Shown here piece by piece: positions 17,956 through 26,101 of a stretch of 64,000 nt of DNA. Below the pieces are notes generated by a model. That model was not told the origin of the DNA. It did not search any database and was given only the letters and a program-made list of their open reading frames with translations. How positions within the stretch are numbered: position 1 is the stretch's first letter; every line of letters starts with the position of its first letter. Source of the stretch: a virus (Duplodnaviria > Caudoviricetes); the IMG/VR virus record IMGVR_UViG_3300009701_000005, positions 1 through 64,000 of that record; one strand, written 5' to 3'. The translations under genes and the position numbers were made by a program.

Positions 17956-18348
17956 ATGATTTCAGCTAATCAACGCAGTGTAAATGTAAACAGGCTCCAA
18001 CTTTTGGAATGCTTGAAAAAGAACCTGGAAATCCATAAGAAGGATTACCAAGAAGCTCTCGTAGGATATAAGATCAAGCTAGAAGCCGATTTGGCAGGTG
18101 CGCTAAAAAGACTATCTATGTTGAAGGAGACCGAGTTAGAAGGATTCAATGTATAATTTGATCATCCCGTAAGTTATGAAAATTCATATGTAGACGTAAT
18201 TGAAATGATGGAAATGTCTGTAGATGAAAATATCAATCTCGACAGCCAATCCTTCAAAGCTTTTGTGAAAAACGAATGGGCATGGTCTTATAACTTTGCT
18301 AAGACTACAACGCTGTACAAATCTTTTGCTGCAAGTTCAGCGGGGTAA
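17956..18348 (+). pseudogene. Phage hypothetical gene interrupted by in-frame TAA at 18154-18156
   Basis: Same frame stays open for 63 more codons (FDHPVSYENSY...MSVDENI...EWAW) to TAA 18348. Confidence 0.6.
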
Positions 18349-18361
18349 TTGGAGAAATCAA

Positions 18362-18787
18362 TTGAGCCAGCTTAAATTAGCAGTAGTTGATACTAAATCT
18401 ACGAGAGTTTCAAGTTATACTGGTAGAGTTAATACCGGTATTTTCAAATTAGAGATAGATCAAAATACTACTCCTGAAGGTCTTAGAGAAACGATAGAGG
18501 AAATTCGTACTACTTCAAATGGGGAAGCGGAAAAACCTGTCGAGACCAGAGGAACAGAGCAAGGTCCTCATTACGGGCCAAGTTGCAATTTAGGCTGGCC
18601 CGATGGAATTCCCGCCCCAGTATTTCACAGTAATTTCAAATTCCCAGAAAGTGGATCTAAGGAATTGGGGATTATATCTAAAAACTTCGCTCAATACCTT
18701 GCCCAAAAAACAGTCGAGAATAGCCATTCCTTAGCCAAAACACCAGAGACCGTAGAAAAGGATGAAGAAAATGACAACGAACTTTAA
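18362..18787 (+). CDS. Hypothetical protein
   Basis: TTG start after ggaga SD. Confidence 0.6.
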   Translation: MSQLKLAVVDTKSTRVSSYTGRVNTGIFKLEIDQNTTPEGLRETIEEIRTTSNGEAEKPVETRGTEQGPHYGPSCNLGWPDGIPAPVFHSNFKFPESGSKELGIISKNFAQYLAQKTVENSHSLAKTPETVEKDEENDNEL

Positions 18788-18977
18788 ATTAAATGTAACA
18801 CATATTATGCCGGGAACTCATATCGAAGTAACTCCTATCGATCCGGTTACGGGGGTGCCTTACCCAGAAACTTACGTGAAAAAGGTTACACAAAAAGGAG
18901 TAGCGGAAATTGATTTTATGATTCATGACCAGATGGCTTTGGTTATTTCTGAAGTTAAGAATGAACCGACAGCTTAA
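18771..18977 (+). CDS. Hypothetical protein
   Basis: ORF overlapping upstream gene. Confidence 0.6.
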   Translation: MTTNFKLNVTHIMPGTHIEVTPIDPVTGVPYPETYVKKVTQKGVAEIDFMIHDQMALVISEVKNEPTA

Positions 18978-18980
18978 TTT

Positions 18981-19010
18981 GTCATAAACTCCCCCTATAT
19001 TTGGTATAAG
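18981..19010 (+). promoter_or_regulatory. Phage promoter (TTGGTATAAG; weak -35)
   Basis: Extended -10 matches recurring motif. Confidence 0.55.
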
Positions 19011-19062
19011 ATAATTGAGTTAGAAGTACTTAACTTTTCTATTAACCAATTAGGGGGATGTC

Positions 19063-19509
19063 ATGAAATACATCAAAGGTGATCTGTTGGCAATGGCTCG
19101 CAATGGGGATTTCAATGCTATCGTTCATGGCTGCAACTGTTTTCATACCATGGGTGGAGGCATTGCCGCGCAAGTCAAGAGGCAATTCCCAGAAGCATAT
19201 CAAGCAGACCTCAAAACCCGCCTAGGGGATAAGAGGAAAGTAGGGACGTATTCTCTCGCAAAACTGGATAACGGCGTCGTAATCATCAACGCTTACACTC
19301 AGTATGACACGAGTTCAGGCGAAGACGTATTCGAATATGAAGGATTTCAAAAGATTCTGAATCAATTGAAAGAGTTGAAAGAGCACGGTATTAAAACCAT
19401 AGGTTTTCCACTTATCGGTTGTGGTTTAGCTGGTGGTAACAGGGATCGCATCATGAAAATGATCGAAGATACTCTCGGAGATCGAGCAACAATCGTAGAA
19501 TTCGGATAA
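19063..19509 (+). CDS. Macro-domain (ADP-ribose-binding/hydrolase) protein
   Basis: IKGDL, AIVHGCNCFHTMGGGIA, FPLIGCGLAGG. Confidence 0.88.
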   Translation: MKYIKGDLLAMARNGDFNAIVHGCNCFHTMGGGIAAQVKRQFPEAYQADLKTRLGDKRKVGTYSLAKLDNGVVIINAYTQYDTSSGEDVFEYEGFQKILNQLKELKEHGIKTIGFPLIGCGLAGGNRDRIMKMIEDTLGDRATIVEFG

Positions 19510-19676
19510 TGGAACCAAAATCGAACTGTCCAAACTGTTTGAATAACCCTTCCGGTAACATAACTCCAGAGGGGCTATTTGAAGCTATTAAACATGGGGA
19601 TCAGGCCCATCAGGATTGGTTGCGTGAAGCTATACAATCATTCTGGAAGGGTCTCCCTATTCCTAAGCAAACTTAA
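19509..19676 (+). CDS. Small hypothetical protein (55 aa)
   Basis: TAATG overlap. Confidence 0.55.
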   Translation: MEPKSNCPNCLNNPSGNITPEGLFEAIKHGDQAHQDWLREAIQSFWKGLPIPKQT

Positions 19677-19685
19677 AAGGTAGTT

Positions 19686-19847
19686 ATGGAAATTACTGAA
19701 CTGCCCTACGAATACATTCCCAAATTTGTCGTATCTGTAGATGATGTATTTACAACATTGTGGAATACCTTACCCTGGGAACGCAGGGAAGGGACTCCCC
19801 GCATTAGTTTAACTTTTAGAGGGTACGCACTGGTACAACCAATTTAA
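19686..19847 (+). CDS. Small hypothetical protein (53 aa)
   Basis: aaggt SD, open frame. Confidence 0.5.
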   Translation: MEITELPYEYIPKFVVSVDDVFTTLWNTLPWERREGTPRISLTFRGYALVQPI

Positions 19848-19859
19848 TGGAGAAATGAA

Positions 19860-20405
19860 TTGGCTAATGCCTTAAAAATTGAAATAACCTTTGGGGAGTT
19901 TATAAAATCTGCGAAACCTAAGGAGGTAAAGGGGATAAAAGATGGAAAGTTGAGATATGATGTTTTATCTGTAAAAGAAGTATTATCTCAACTGGAGACT
20001 CAGTATTTAAAATCTCCCAGTAGACAGGTGGTAGAAATAGGCGAGGGATACAAGGTAAAATTTAGACTTAAACTCTTGACATTTTTGAAAAAAGGTTGTT
20101 TTTGCTATAAATGTAATCTCAAAGGTGAATATTTTGCTATAGAAAGAGATCAGATACACGCTTTAGATGAACCTAGATATTTTCAATTAAATATGTATAA
20201 TGGGGACGTTTTATTTACCCATGACCACATAAAAGCAAGGTGTTTCGGCGGGGTAGACGATATAGGTAATACTTGCACGATGTGTACTGATTGTAACAGC
20301 AAAAAAGCTGAATTTGAAGGCCTACACTTTAATCGGCTCAAATCCCTTGTTAAATATGAAATTGCTTTGGATAAATTAAGAGATAAGTACAAATGCAAAC
20401 CTTAG
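19860..20405 (+). CDS. HNH endonuclease-domain protein
   Basis: CYKC...THDHIKARCFGGVDDIGNTCTMCTDCNSKK. Confidence 0.75.
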   Translation: MANALKIEITFGEFIKSAKPKEVKGIKDGKLRYDVLSVKEVLSQLETQYLKSPSRQVVEIGEGYKVKFRLKLLTFLKKGCFCYKCNLKGEYFAIERDQIHALDEPRYFQLNMYNGDVLFTHDHIKARCFGGVDDIGNTCTMCTDCNSKKAEFEGLHFNRLKSLVKYEIALDKLRDKYKCKP

Positions 20406-20406
20406 A

Positions 20407-20435
20407 TTCAACATCTTCAGGTATTTTGGTATAAT
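20407..20435 (+). promoter_or_regulatory. Phage promoter TTCAAC-N17-TATAAT
   Basis: Recurring motif. Confidence 0.75.
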
Positions 20436-20570
20436 ATATCTGTGGTATGATTTAGGTTAACTTGCAATGTAACAACTTTATATCCCCCTTCTAATCAAAG
20501 AGGGATTTTTTTAGCTTGCAAAAATTTTTGCATTGCATTAAAATATGTACTCTACCTGGAGATAACATAA

Positions 20571-21110
20571 ATGAGTAGCATAACTGATCTAGCTCAACTG
20601 CTACGAAATGATAAGAGAAGCGAAGATGACTTACTAAAGGAAGTTCTTCGTGCAGAGCTAGAAATAGAAAAGCAATTACGTAAACGAGATTTGATTTTAG
20701 AATTTCTCGTGACAATCGGCGAAAAAACAATTAAAATAAAAGAACAAGGAGATTTTACAATGTCAAACCAATTACAAGACAATCAAGAAGTAGTTCTAAC
20801 CGCGACCGTTCTGGATTCAGAAGGTAAGCCCGCAACTCTAGTTGCTACCCCTGTTTGGACAGGTTCTGATCCAACTGTTGCTACTTTGACTGCCAATGGC
20901 CTTACCGCTACCGTAGTTCCAGTCAGCACTGGTGCTTTTACGGTAACGTTTAGCGTGGATGGCGTTACGGCAACTTTTGAATTGACAGTTACAGGTGGTC
21001 CAGCAGCTACTGCAACTATCACTATGGGCACTCCAACTGCAATTCCTGCGCCAACCCCGGCCTCGGCTGCTCCCGCAGAACCAACTGAGCCAACTGCTAC
21101 TTCGAGTTAA
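20571..21110 (+). CDS. Ig-like domain protein with probable second in-frame start at 20760
   Basis: LTATVLD...VWTGSDPTVATLTANGLTATV Ig-like strands; internal aaggag SD; P/T-rich tail. Confidence 0.65.
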   Translation: MSSITDLAQLLRNDKRSEDDLLKEVLRAELEIEKQLRKRDLILEFLVTIGEKTIKIKEQGDFTMSNQLQDNQEVVLTATVLDSEGKPATLVATPVWTGSDPTVATLTANGLTATVVPVSTGAFTVTFSVDGVTATFELTVTGGPAATATITMGTPTAIPAPTPASAAPAEPTEPTATSS

Positions 21111-21143
21111 GAATTAATAAATAGCTTCACAAGAGCTAAAACC

Positions 21144-21178
21144 GAGCCCACAGTAGTCAAAAGCTCTGTGGGTTTTTT
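21144..21178 (+). terminator. Intrinsic terminator
   Basis: gagcccacag...ctgtgggtttttt. Confidence 0.7.
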
Positions 21179-21199
21179 AATACCTAAAAATTTGAAACC

Positions 21200-21472
21200 A
21201 TGATAGACATATTCAATACTTGCTGGGAACTTGGCTTTATAATCGTAATGCTGCTGAATATTAAAAGACTATATCTGGATAGAGATGTTAAGGGCGTCAG
21301 CGTACCTGGATTAACTTATGGATTAAGATATGCTATTTTCTGGTGCTACTTCTGCTTTACTTTGCACCAACCCTTTTCTTGTATAGCAGGTATAGTGTAT
21401 TCAACATTAAATGCTATTTGGATTGGCATGATGTTTTACTTTAAATATAAATCGAAAACCTCAACTTCCTAG
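21200..21472 (+). CDS. Small 3-TM membrane protein, PQ-loop/SemiSWEET-like
   Basis: LLNIKRLYLDRDVKGVS after TM1; three hydrophobic segments. Confidence 0.55.
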   Translation: MIDIFNTCWELGFIIVMLLNIKRLYLDRDVKGVSVPGLTYGLRYAIFWCYFCFTLHQPFSCIAGIVYSTLNAIWIGMMFYFKYKSKTSTS

Positions 21473-21478
21473 ATCTCA

Positions 21479-21508
21479 CTCAATTACCCCTCCTAAATTT
21501 GGTATAAG
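21479..21508 (+). promoter_or_regulatory. Phage promoter CTCAAT-N18-TATAAG
   Basis: Recurring motif. Confidence 0.65.
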
Positions 21509-21536
21509 ACAGATACAATAACTACGGGAGTTGTAA

Positions 21537-21848
21537 ATGTCATATGAAACCCAAAGCTCTGGTCTTGCTAAGTATACCTTGCAAAACATAGGGTTAAGAA
21601 ACGCCATGTGGCCCCACGTCTTTACTGAACCTGTTGATAACGAACTGAAAACGCTTAAAGTAGGCGACATAGTAACCCTCAAATTTGACAATGAAAAACT
21701 ACCAGTTAAGATCACTTCCCTAGAAAAGCTTGGGAAATTAACTGGTCGGGTTTTAACCCCGTCAACTACTATACTTAATCTTGGCGAAGGCCACGAGGTT
21801 GTATTTGTACGCGACAACATCTTATCAATATCCGAAAGAACTCTATGA
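21537..21848 (+). CDS. Hypothetical protein
   Basis: ORF with gggag SD. Confidence 0.7.
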   Translation: MSYETQSSGLAKYTLQNIGLRNAMWPHVFTEPVDNELKTLKVGDIVTLKFDNEKLPVKITSLEKLGKLTGRVLTPSTTILNLGEGHEVVFVRDNILSISERTL

Positions 21849-22060
21849 ACGGACCTACGCCTAAAAATCCAAACAAGAATCGCAAACCCGTCAGGGATCT
21901 CCCCTGGCATGGAGAAGCTTTGGAGAATGGGGTCAAGAAGAAAGTTCTTCCAGATGGCAAAGTCGAATATTCTGGACAGGGCATTATCAAAATGCCAGAT
22001 GGCAGTACTTGGATAGCAACCGGAGTAGGTGCCCATATAACCTTTGAGGAACAAAAGTAA
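21845..22060 (+). CDS. Hypothetical protein
   Basis: ATGA overlap. Confidence 0.65.
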   Translation: MNGPTPKNPNKNRKPVRDLPWHGEALENGVKKKVLPDGKVEYSGQGIIKMPDGSTWIATGVGAHITFEEQK

Positions 22061-22061
22061 T

Positions 22062-22091
22062 TTCAATAATTCCAATTCAAATTGGTATAAG
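22062..22091 (+). promoter_or_regulatory. Phage promoter TTCAAT-N18-TATAAG
   Basis: Recurring motif. Confidence 0.75.
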
Positions 22092-22139
22092 GGGAGTGTA
22101 ATGAAAATTACACTTCTTCTTTAGTCAACGGGAGTTTTC

Positions 22140-22352
22140 ATGTCTGCGCCAAAAAATAAGAAACAATCTTCGTCTCCTGCACAAGTTGGTCAAACAGGTC
22201 AAATCCATAACGTGCTTGTTGGCGGAAACAGCATCGGTTTGACCCCGGACAGAGCCACTGCCGAATCCTGGGCTCGCAGCAGTATGAGTAATCTTAAGGT
22301 TCAAATCCATACTGTAAATCATACTATCGATCCAAAGTATTTTCAGGATTGA
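22140..22352 (+). CDS. Hypothetical protein
   Basis: gggag SD. Confidence 0.7.
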   Translation: MSAPKNKKQSSSPAQVGQTGQIHNVLVGGNSIGLTPDRATAESWARSSMSNLKVQIHTVNHTIDPKYFQD

Positions 22353-22588
22353 TTTTTTTGAGAAAAGCAGATAGTGAGGTGGGCCCTAGTTTAAGGGCAG
22401 CAATTAAACATACTGACCTCGCCGCAGCATCCTCTAAAAGCCTCTAAACGGGCCTCAGAGGCATTCTCTCCTTACGGCTGGCCTTACCCCCAGCCCAAGT
22501 ACTATAGAGCCTTCTAGGCCTTCCTAGAGCGTTCTAAAGGGTAAGAAATTGGCCGTACGACATTCTAGACCTCGTACACTGTGGCCCA

Positions 22589-22658
22589 AAGCAAATAGCA
22601 TAGTGGTTAATGCATAGGGGAGTGCCCAAAGACTCAGGTTCGAATCCTGATTTGCTTT
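22589..22658 (+). tRNA. tRNA-like element with shortened, non-canonical anticodon arm
   Basis: Acceptor AAGCAAA/TTTGCTT, D arm GCAT-AGTGGTTA-ATGC, T arm TCAGG-TTCGAAT-CCTGA; anticodon arm TAGGGGAGTGCCCA only 14 nt. Confidence 0.65.
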
Positions 22659-22807
22659 GTATGATTATTACAATGAAACCAGTAATTCAGTTGGTAGAAG
22701 TGCTGCCGATCCAGAGTCTTCCTCCTCTCGGTGAAGTGGCTATGTCGCTGGTTCGAGCCCAGCCTGGTTTCCCCCTCCTCTCTCATTTTCTCAACAGGAG
22801 TATTAAC

Positions 22808-22996
22808 ATGGCTAACTTTCAAAACAAGCATTTCGTTCAAGTCAAAGCGGACAACGGTGAATTCGTTGATTTGTACGGTCCCTATGACAGCAGTGACATT
22901 TGCAAACGTAAGCTCCACGAAGTTAAAGACAAAGTTCATAATGCTGGCGGCAAGAAGTTTGAATTCAAACGCGGCTGGCATGAAGTAGAGGCTTAA
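22808..22996 (+). CDS. Small hypothetical protein (62 aa)
   Basis: caggag SD before ATG 22808. Confidence 0.7.
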   Translation: MANFQNKHFVQVKADNGEFVDLYGPYDSSDICKRKLHEVKDKVHNAGGKKFEFKRGWHEVEA

Positions 22997-22997
22997 T

Positions 22998-23273
22998 ATG
23001 TCTTTTATCGAAAATAGAATCGATACTAGAGAAGGGTTGGATAACGCCCCTTTTCAAGTCGGGGAAAAGATTGAGATAGCAGAAGGAGTGTTCACAGAAG
23101 GCTCAATTTTTACCTGTTACGAAATTGATGCTTACGGAATGGCGGATGTGAATTACAATTACACTGCATTTCTACAAGAGGAAGACTCTGGGAAATGCAT
23201 TAGAGTTGTGTTTAACACTTTGAAATTCAAACCGGTACAGGAGCCGACTTTATGGGGTTTATTCGGAAGATAA
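22998..23273 (+). CDS. Hypothetical protein, paralogue 1 (GVFTEGSI)
   Basis: Motif shared with next two ORFs. Confidence 0.7.
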   Translation: MSFIENRIDTREGLDNAPFQVGEKIEIAEGVFTEGSIFTCYEIDAYGMADVNYNYTAFLQEEDSGKCIRVVFNTLKFKPVQEPTLWGLFGR

Positions 23274-23521
23274 AACCTATTGATCCAAGAAAGTTGGATC
23301 TCAATGATAAGGTGCGTTTGTCTGAGGATGTGGATACTGATGATGGAACTTTTACTAAAGGTTCTATCATGGTTTGCACGGACATATTCTATTCAAAAAA
23401 TTCTGATCAAGATAGTCATGCAGTATTCAGAGACGTGGAGTCTATAGAGGATTTAATAGTATATTTCTCCAGTATACCCCGTGTTATGACTACTTGCGGT
23501 AACGAGGGGGATAAATTTTGA
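23252..23521 (+). CDS. Hypothetical protein, paralogue 2 (GTFTKGSI)
   Basis: Shared motif. Confidence 0.7.
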   Translation: MGFIRKIKPIDPRKLDLNDKVRLSEDVDTDDGTFTKGSIMVCTDIFYSKNSDQDSHAVFRDVESIEDLIVYFSSIPRVMTTCGNEGDKF

Positions 23522-24000
23522 CTTTCGTACCTCATCCAAAAAACCCTTTTAATGAAGCAGAGAAAGGGGGTCAGAAAATTCGTTTGAAAAAAGATATCAC
23601 TACCACCAAAGGAACTTTTCTAACCGGAAGCATATTGACGTATGTAAGACCCCTTACCATCCGCGGTAGAACCCTTGGGGACCGTGGCTTAGTTTTTAAA
23701 GATGATGAATCTGGGGAGGAAGTTCTTATACGTCGACACAATTTCCCAGAGGATGTGGAGCTTATCAAAATGCCTGAAAATAAGCCCAGAAGAGTTTTGT
23801 ATTACAATCATAAACCTCTTACGCTAGATGGTAGCCCCGATGTTCCCCGAGGGCAATTCTTCGAGATGGTAGGAGTTTTGCATCTTGGAATAGGGGAACG
23901 CTTCACGCTAATCCCTTTAAGTGGGGATTTTGATATGAAGGTAACGAAGCAATTCCTCGAAGAAAATTTCACTCAAGTTCAAGATATTCTTGTTCAATAA
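23518..24000 (+). CDS. Hypothetical protein, paralogue 3 (GTFLTGSI) with extra C-terminal domain
   Basis: Shared motif. Confidence 0.7.
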   Translation: MTFVPHPKNPFNEAEKGGQKIRLKKDITTTKGTFLTGSILTYVRPLTIRGRTLGDRGLVFKDDESGEEVLIRRHNFPEDVELIKMPENKPRRVLYYNHKPLTLDGSPDVPRGQFFEMVGVLHLGIGERFTLIPLSGDFDMKVTKQFLEENFTQVQDILVQ

Positions 24001-24022
24001 CTCTCCCTACTCTTGGTATAAG
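23993..24022 (+). promoter_or_regulatory. Phage promoter TTCAAT-N18-TATAAG
   Basis: Recurring motif. Confidence 0.75.
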
Positions 24023-24104
24023 TAAGTTGTAGGGACTCTACAAGTGAACGCGAAAGCGGTCTATTTCAACCTTTGAGTTCCAAAACTTTTAGCCGGGAGA
24101 TAGA

Positions 24105-24497
24105 ATGGAACAATTGTCAGGTCAAGAGATTTACAACACGGTGCTGTTTAAACTCCGTGAGCAAAAGGTACAGTCGTATTCCCATTGCCTTGAGGGCTAC
24201 TCTTGTCTGTATAGGGGGCCAAATGGGGTTAAATGTGCCCTAGGCCACCTGATCAACGATGAGGAATACGTACCTGAAATGGAGGGCAAATCTGCCGATT
24301 GCTTAGCAAGAGAATCCTTTATGCCAAAAAGGTTATTACCTTATCTTGGGCTAATCGCCGGTCTTCAAACCGCTCATGATGATTGCATGCCTCGGTCAAC
24401 CCAGGGCAGTATGGACTTATGGGAACAAGGAATGAAGAATATTGCTGAACAGTTCCGCCTGGTCTACACCCCACCACAAACTAATAATAAGGAGTAA
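24105..24497 (+). CDS. Hypothetical protein (CLYRGPNGVKCALG)
   Basis: gggag SD. Confidence 0.75.
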   Translation: MEQLSGQEIYNTVLFKLREQKVQSYSHCLEGYSCLYRGPNGVKCALGHLINDEEYVPEMEGKSADCLARESFMPKRLLPYLGLIAGLQTAHDDCMPRSTQGSMDLWEQGMKNIAEQFRLVYTPPQTNNKE

Positions 24498-24499
24498 GT

Positions 24500-24787
24500 A
24501 TGTCAACAATTCAAACACTGAACGATGCGGAACGTAATGCACCGAAGAAAAGCCCTTTCAAGAGTTCCGACTCTGCCAAGGCTCGTATGGCACGTATTGG
24601 TAAGACTAAAAAGGATCGTGCTCGCGGTGCAGCCCATAAGAATGAGCAAAATCGTCAAGCCCGCGCTGCTTGGCAAAATGATTCGAAATCGACTTTCCCC
24701 ACATCGTCCTGTAACGGCAAGAAAAACCGTTATCAGGTTACTGGTAAGGACGGTCAAACTGTTTACGTTAGAGAGAAGCGTAAATGA
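24500..24787 (+). CDS. Basic hypothetical protein
   Basis: aaggag SD. Confidence 0.7.
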   Translation: MSTIQTLNDAERNAPKKSPFKSSDSAKARMARIGKTKKDRARGAAHKNEQNRQARAAWQNDSKSTFPTSSCNGKKNRYQVTGKDGQTVYVREKRK

Positions 24788-25086
24788 AGTACTTCAAAGC
24801 CCTGAATGCATTCATGGTAATAGCGGGGGCTATAGTTGTTTATGGGGCGAGTTATGATATTCTTCAACCCCAATCCTGCATAGCTAATCAGCAAGAAATA
24901 AGCGTTAAAACACAAAGAGTTATACTCCGTTCCAGCAATGGTGATATAATGTCAGTTTGGACCTCCAGAGGCAATGTTATAAGAAAAGGGGATGAGTATG
25001 TTTTTCTGGATAATGAAAGTGGTAAACGTGTTAACATTGACCTTAAAACTGGTGGAGGTGTTGTTCTGGTAATTGTAGATTTGTAA
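24784..25086 (+). CDS. Membrane-anchored hypothetical protein
   Basis: N-terminal TM. Confidence 0.65.
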   Translation: MKYFKALNAFMVIAGAIVVYGASYDILQPQSCIANQQEISVKTQRVILRSSNGDIMSVWTSRGNVIRKGDEYVFLDNESGKRVNIDLKTGGGVVLVIVDL

Positions 25087-25100
25087 TAGTAATAAACATC

Positions 25101-25176
25101 GGCTCGTCAGCTCACTTTATGAGAGCAATCAACTCATAATTGATAGGGGAGGGAGAATAACCCTCACGAGTCACCA
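25101..25176 (+). tRNA. tRNA(CAT) Met/Ile2 with atypical D- and T-loops, CCA encoded
   Basis: Acceptor GGCTCGT/ACGAGTC, anticodon arm ATCAA-CTCATAA-TTGAT, T arm GAGGG-AGAATAA-CCCTC, ACCA end. Confidence 0.75.
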
Positions 25177-25206
25177 AATCCCCAATAAAATAAGAGGTTA
25201 CACCTC

Positions 25207-25536
25207 ATGACAAGAAAATACCTGGCTGCAATCGTGGCACTATCATTGATCCTGGTATCGTGCTCACCAGCCCCTACCCCTCCGCCTCAACAGACTTACG
25301 TCGAACAGTCTCAACCAGTTCCGGCACCTCAAACTGTTGTCGTAGCACCTCCTTCGCAAGTTCAAACAGTCGTGGTTCACGACCATGACAATTCTGGACT
25401 GGTTACGGGAATGTTGATTGGTAGCGCTTTGAGCACAGGCAGAACTACCGTTGTTCACCATACGGTAATAGTTCCTGCTAGACCTGTGTACGTAGCTCCT
25501 CGCAGGGTTTATGTAGTAACTCGGTTACGTAAGTAA
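25207..25536 (+). CDS. Putative lipoprotein, P/V-rich
   Basis: Lipobox LVSC. Confidence 0.65.
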   Translation: MTRKYLAAIVALSLILVSCSPAPTPPPQQTYVEQSQPVPAPQTVVVAPPSQVQTVVVHDHDNSGLVTGMLIGSALSTGRTTVVHHTVIVPARPVYVAPRRVYVVTRLRK

Positions 25537-25604
25537 ATCTCCTGGTGGTAAATGTAACTGTGCCTTGAGTTCAAGGTGATCCTTTCGAAAGACTCCTAAT
25601 AGAC

Positions 25605-25633
25605 TTGACACAATTTCATGTTTGTAGTAGAAT
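25605..25633 (+). promoter_or_regulatory. Sigma70 consensus-like promoter TTGACA-N17-TAGAAT
   Basis: Perfect -35, 5/6 -10; upstream of tRNA-Leu. Confidence 0.75.
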
Positions 25634-25711
25634 ATGAAATCTGCACTAAACAAAGTCCTTATCCAGAACTTTCTCCGTGGTTACAGCGGACTTCTTGGTA
25701 AGGCACTTTTT

Positions 25712-25796
25712 GGGACTGTGGCGAAATTGGCAGCCGCATCAGGTTTAAGCCCTGACGCCGCAAGGCGTACCGGTTCGAATCCGGTCAGTCCTACCA
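25712..25796 (+). tRNA. tRNA-Leu(TAA)
   Basis: Canonical type II cloverleaf, loop TTTAAGC, V arm CGCC-GCAA-GGCG, ACCA end. Confidence 0.92.
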
Positions 25797-25831
25797 TTTA
25801 TCCAACAATCATTCGATGTATCGAGGTTCAA

Positions 25832-26101
25832 ATGAAACTCATCACCAAGGCAATTCTTACCGGCGTAATTCTCAGTGCTGGTGCCGTAGTTGAAAAGCTA
25901 TTAACTCCAGCAGCAGCATTAATATCCAATAAGACGACAGTTTCACAGTTGGATAATAGTGATGCAGCCTACCTAGCAGTAACCTACCTTGGTAACGGGT
26001 CTGTTCTAGTAAACATCCTTGTTACTGCCGTGGCTTCTTTCTTAATAGTCCGGGTTTGGACTCGTAAATCTAAAAAGGTTGACAAAAATGAAGATCAGTA
26101 A
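25832..26101 (+). CDS. Two-TM membrane protein (SPFH operon partner)
   Basis: gaggt SD before ATG 25832; two hydrophobic helices. Confidence 0.7.
   Translation: MKLITKAILTGVILSAGAVVEKLLTPAAALISNKTTVSQLDNSDAAYLAVTYLGNGSVLVNILVTAVASFLIVRVWTRKSKKVDKNEDQ

Noticed and set aside
21476-22075. 199-aa - strand ORF
   Set aside because: Antisense shadow of two SD-supported + strand genes; the same applies to most other short opposite-strand ORFs in the track.
22610-22807. N-terminal extension of ORF 22610-22996
   Set aside because: It overlaps the tRNA-like element; an SD-supported start exists at 22808.
25634-25831. N-terminal extension of ORF 25634-26101
   Set aside because: It runs through tRNA-Leu; an SD-supported start exists at 25832.
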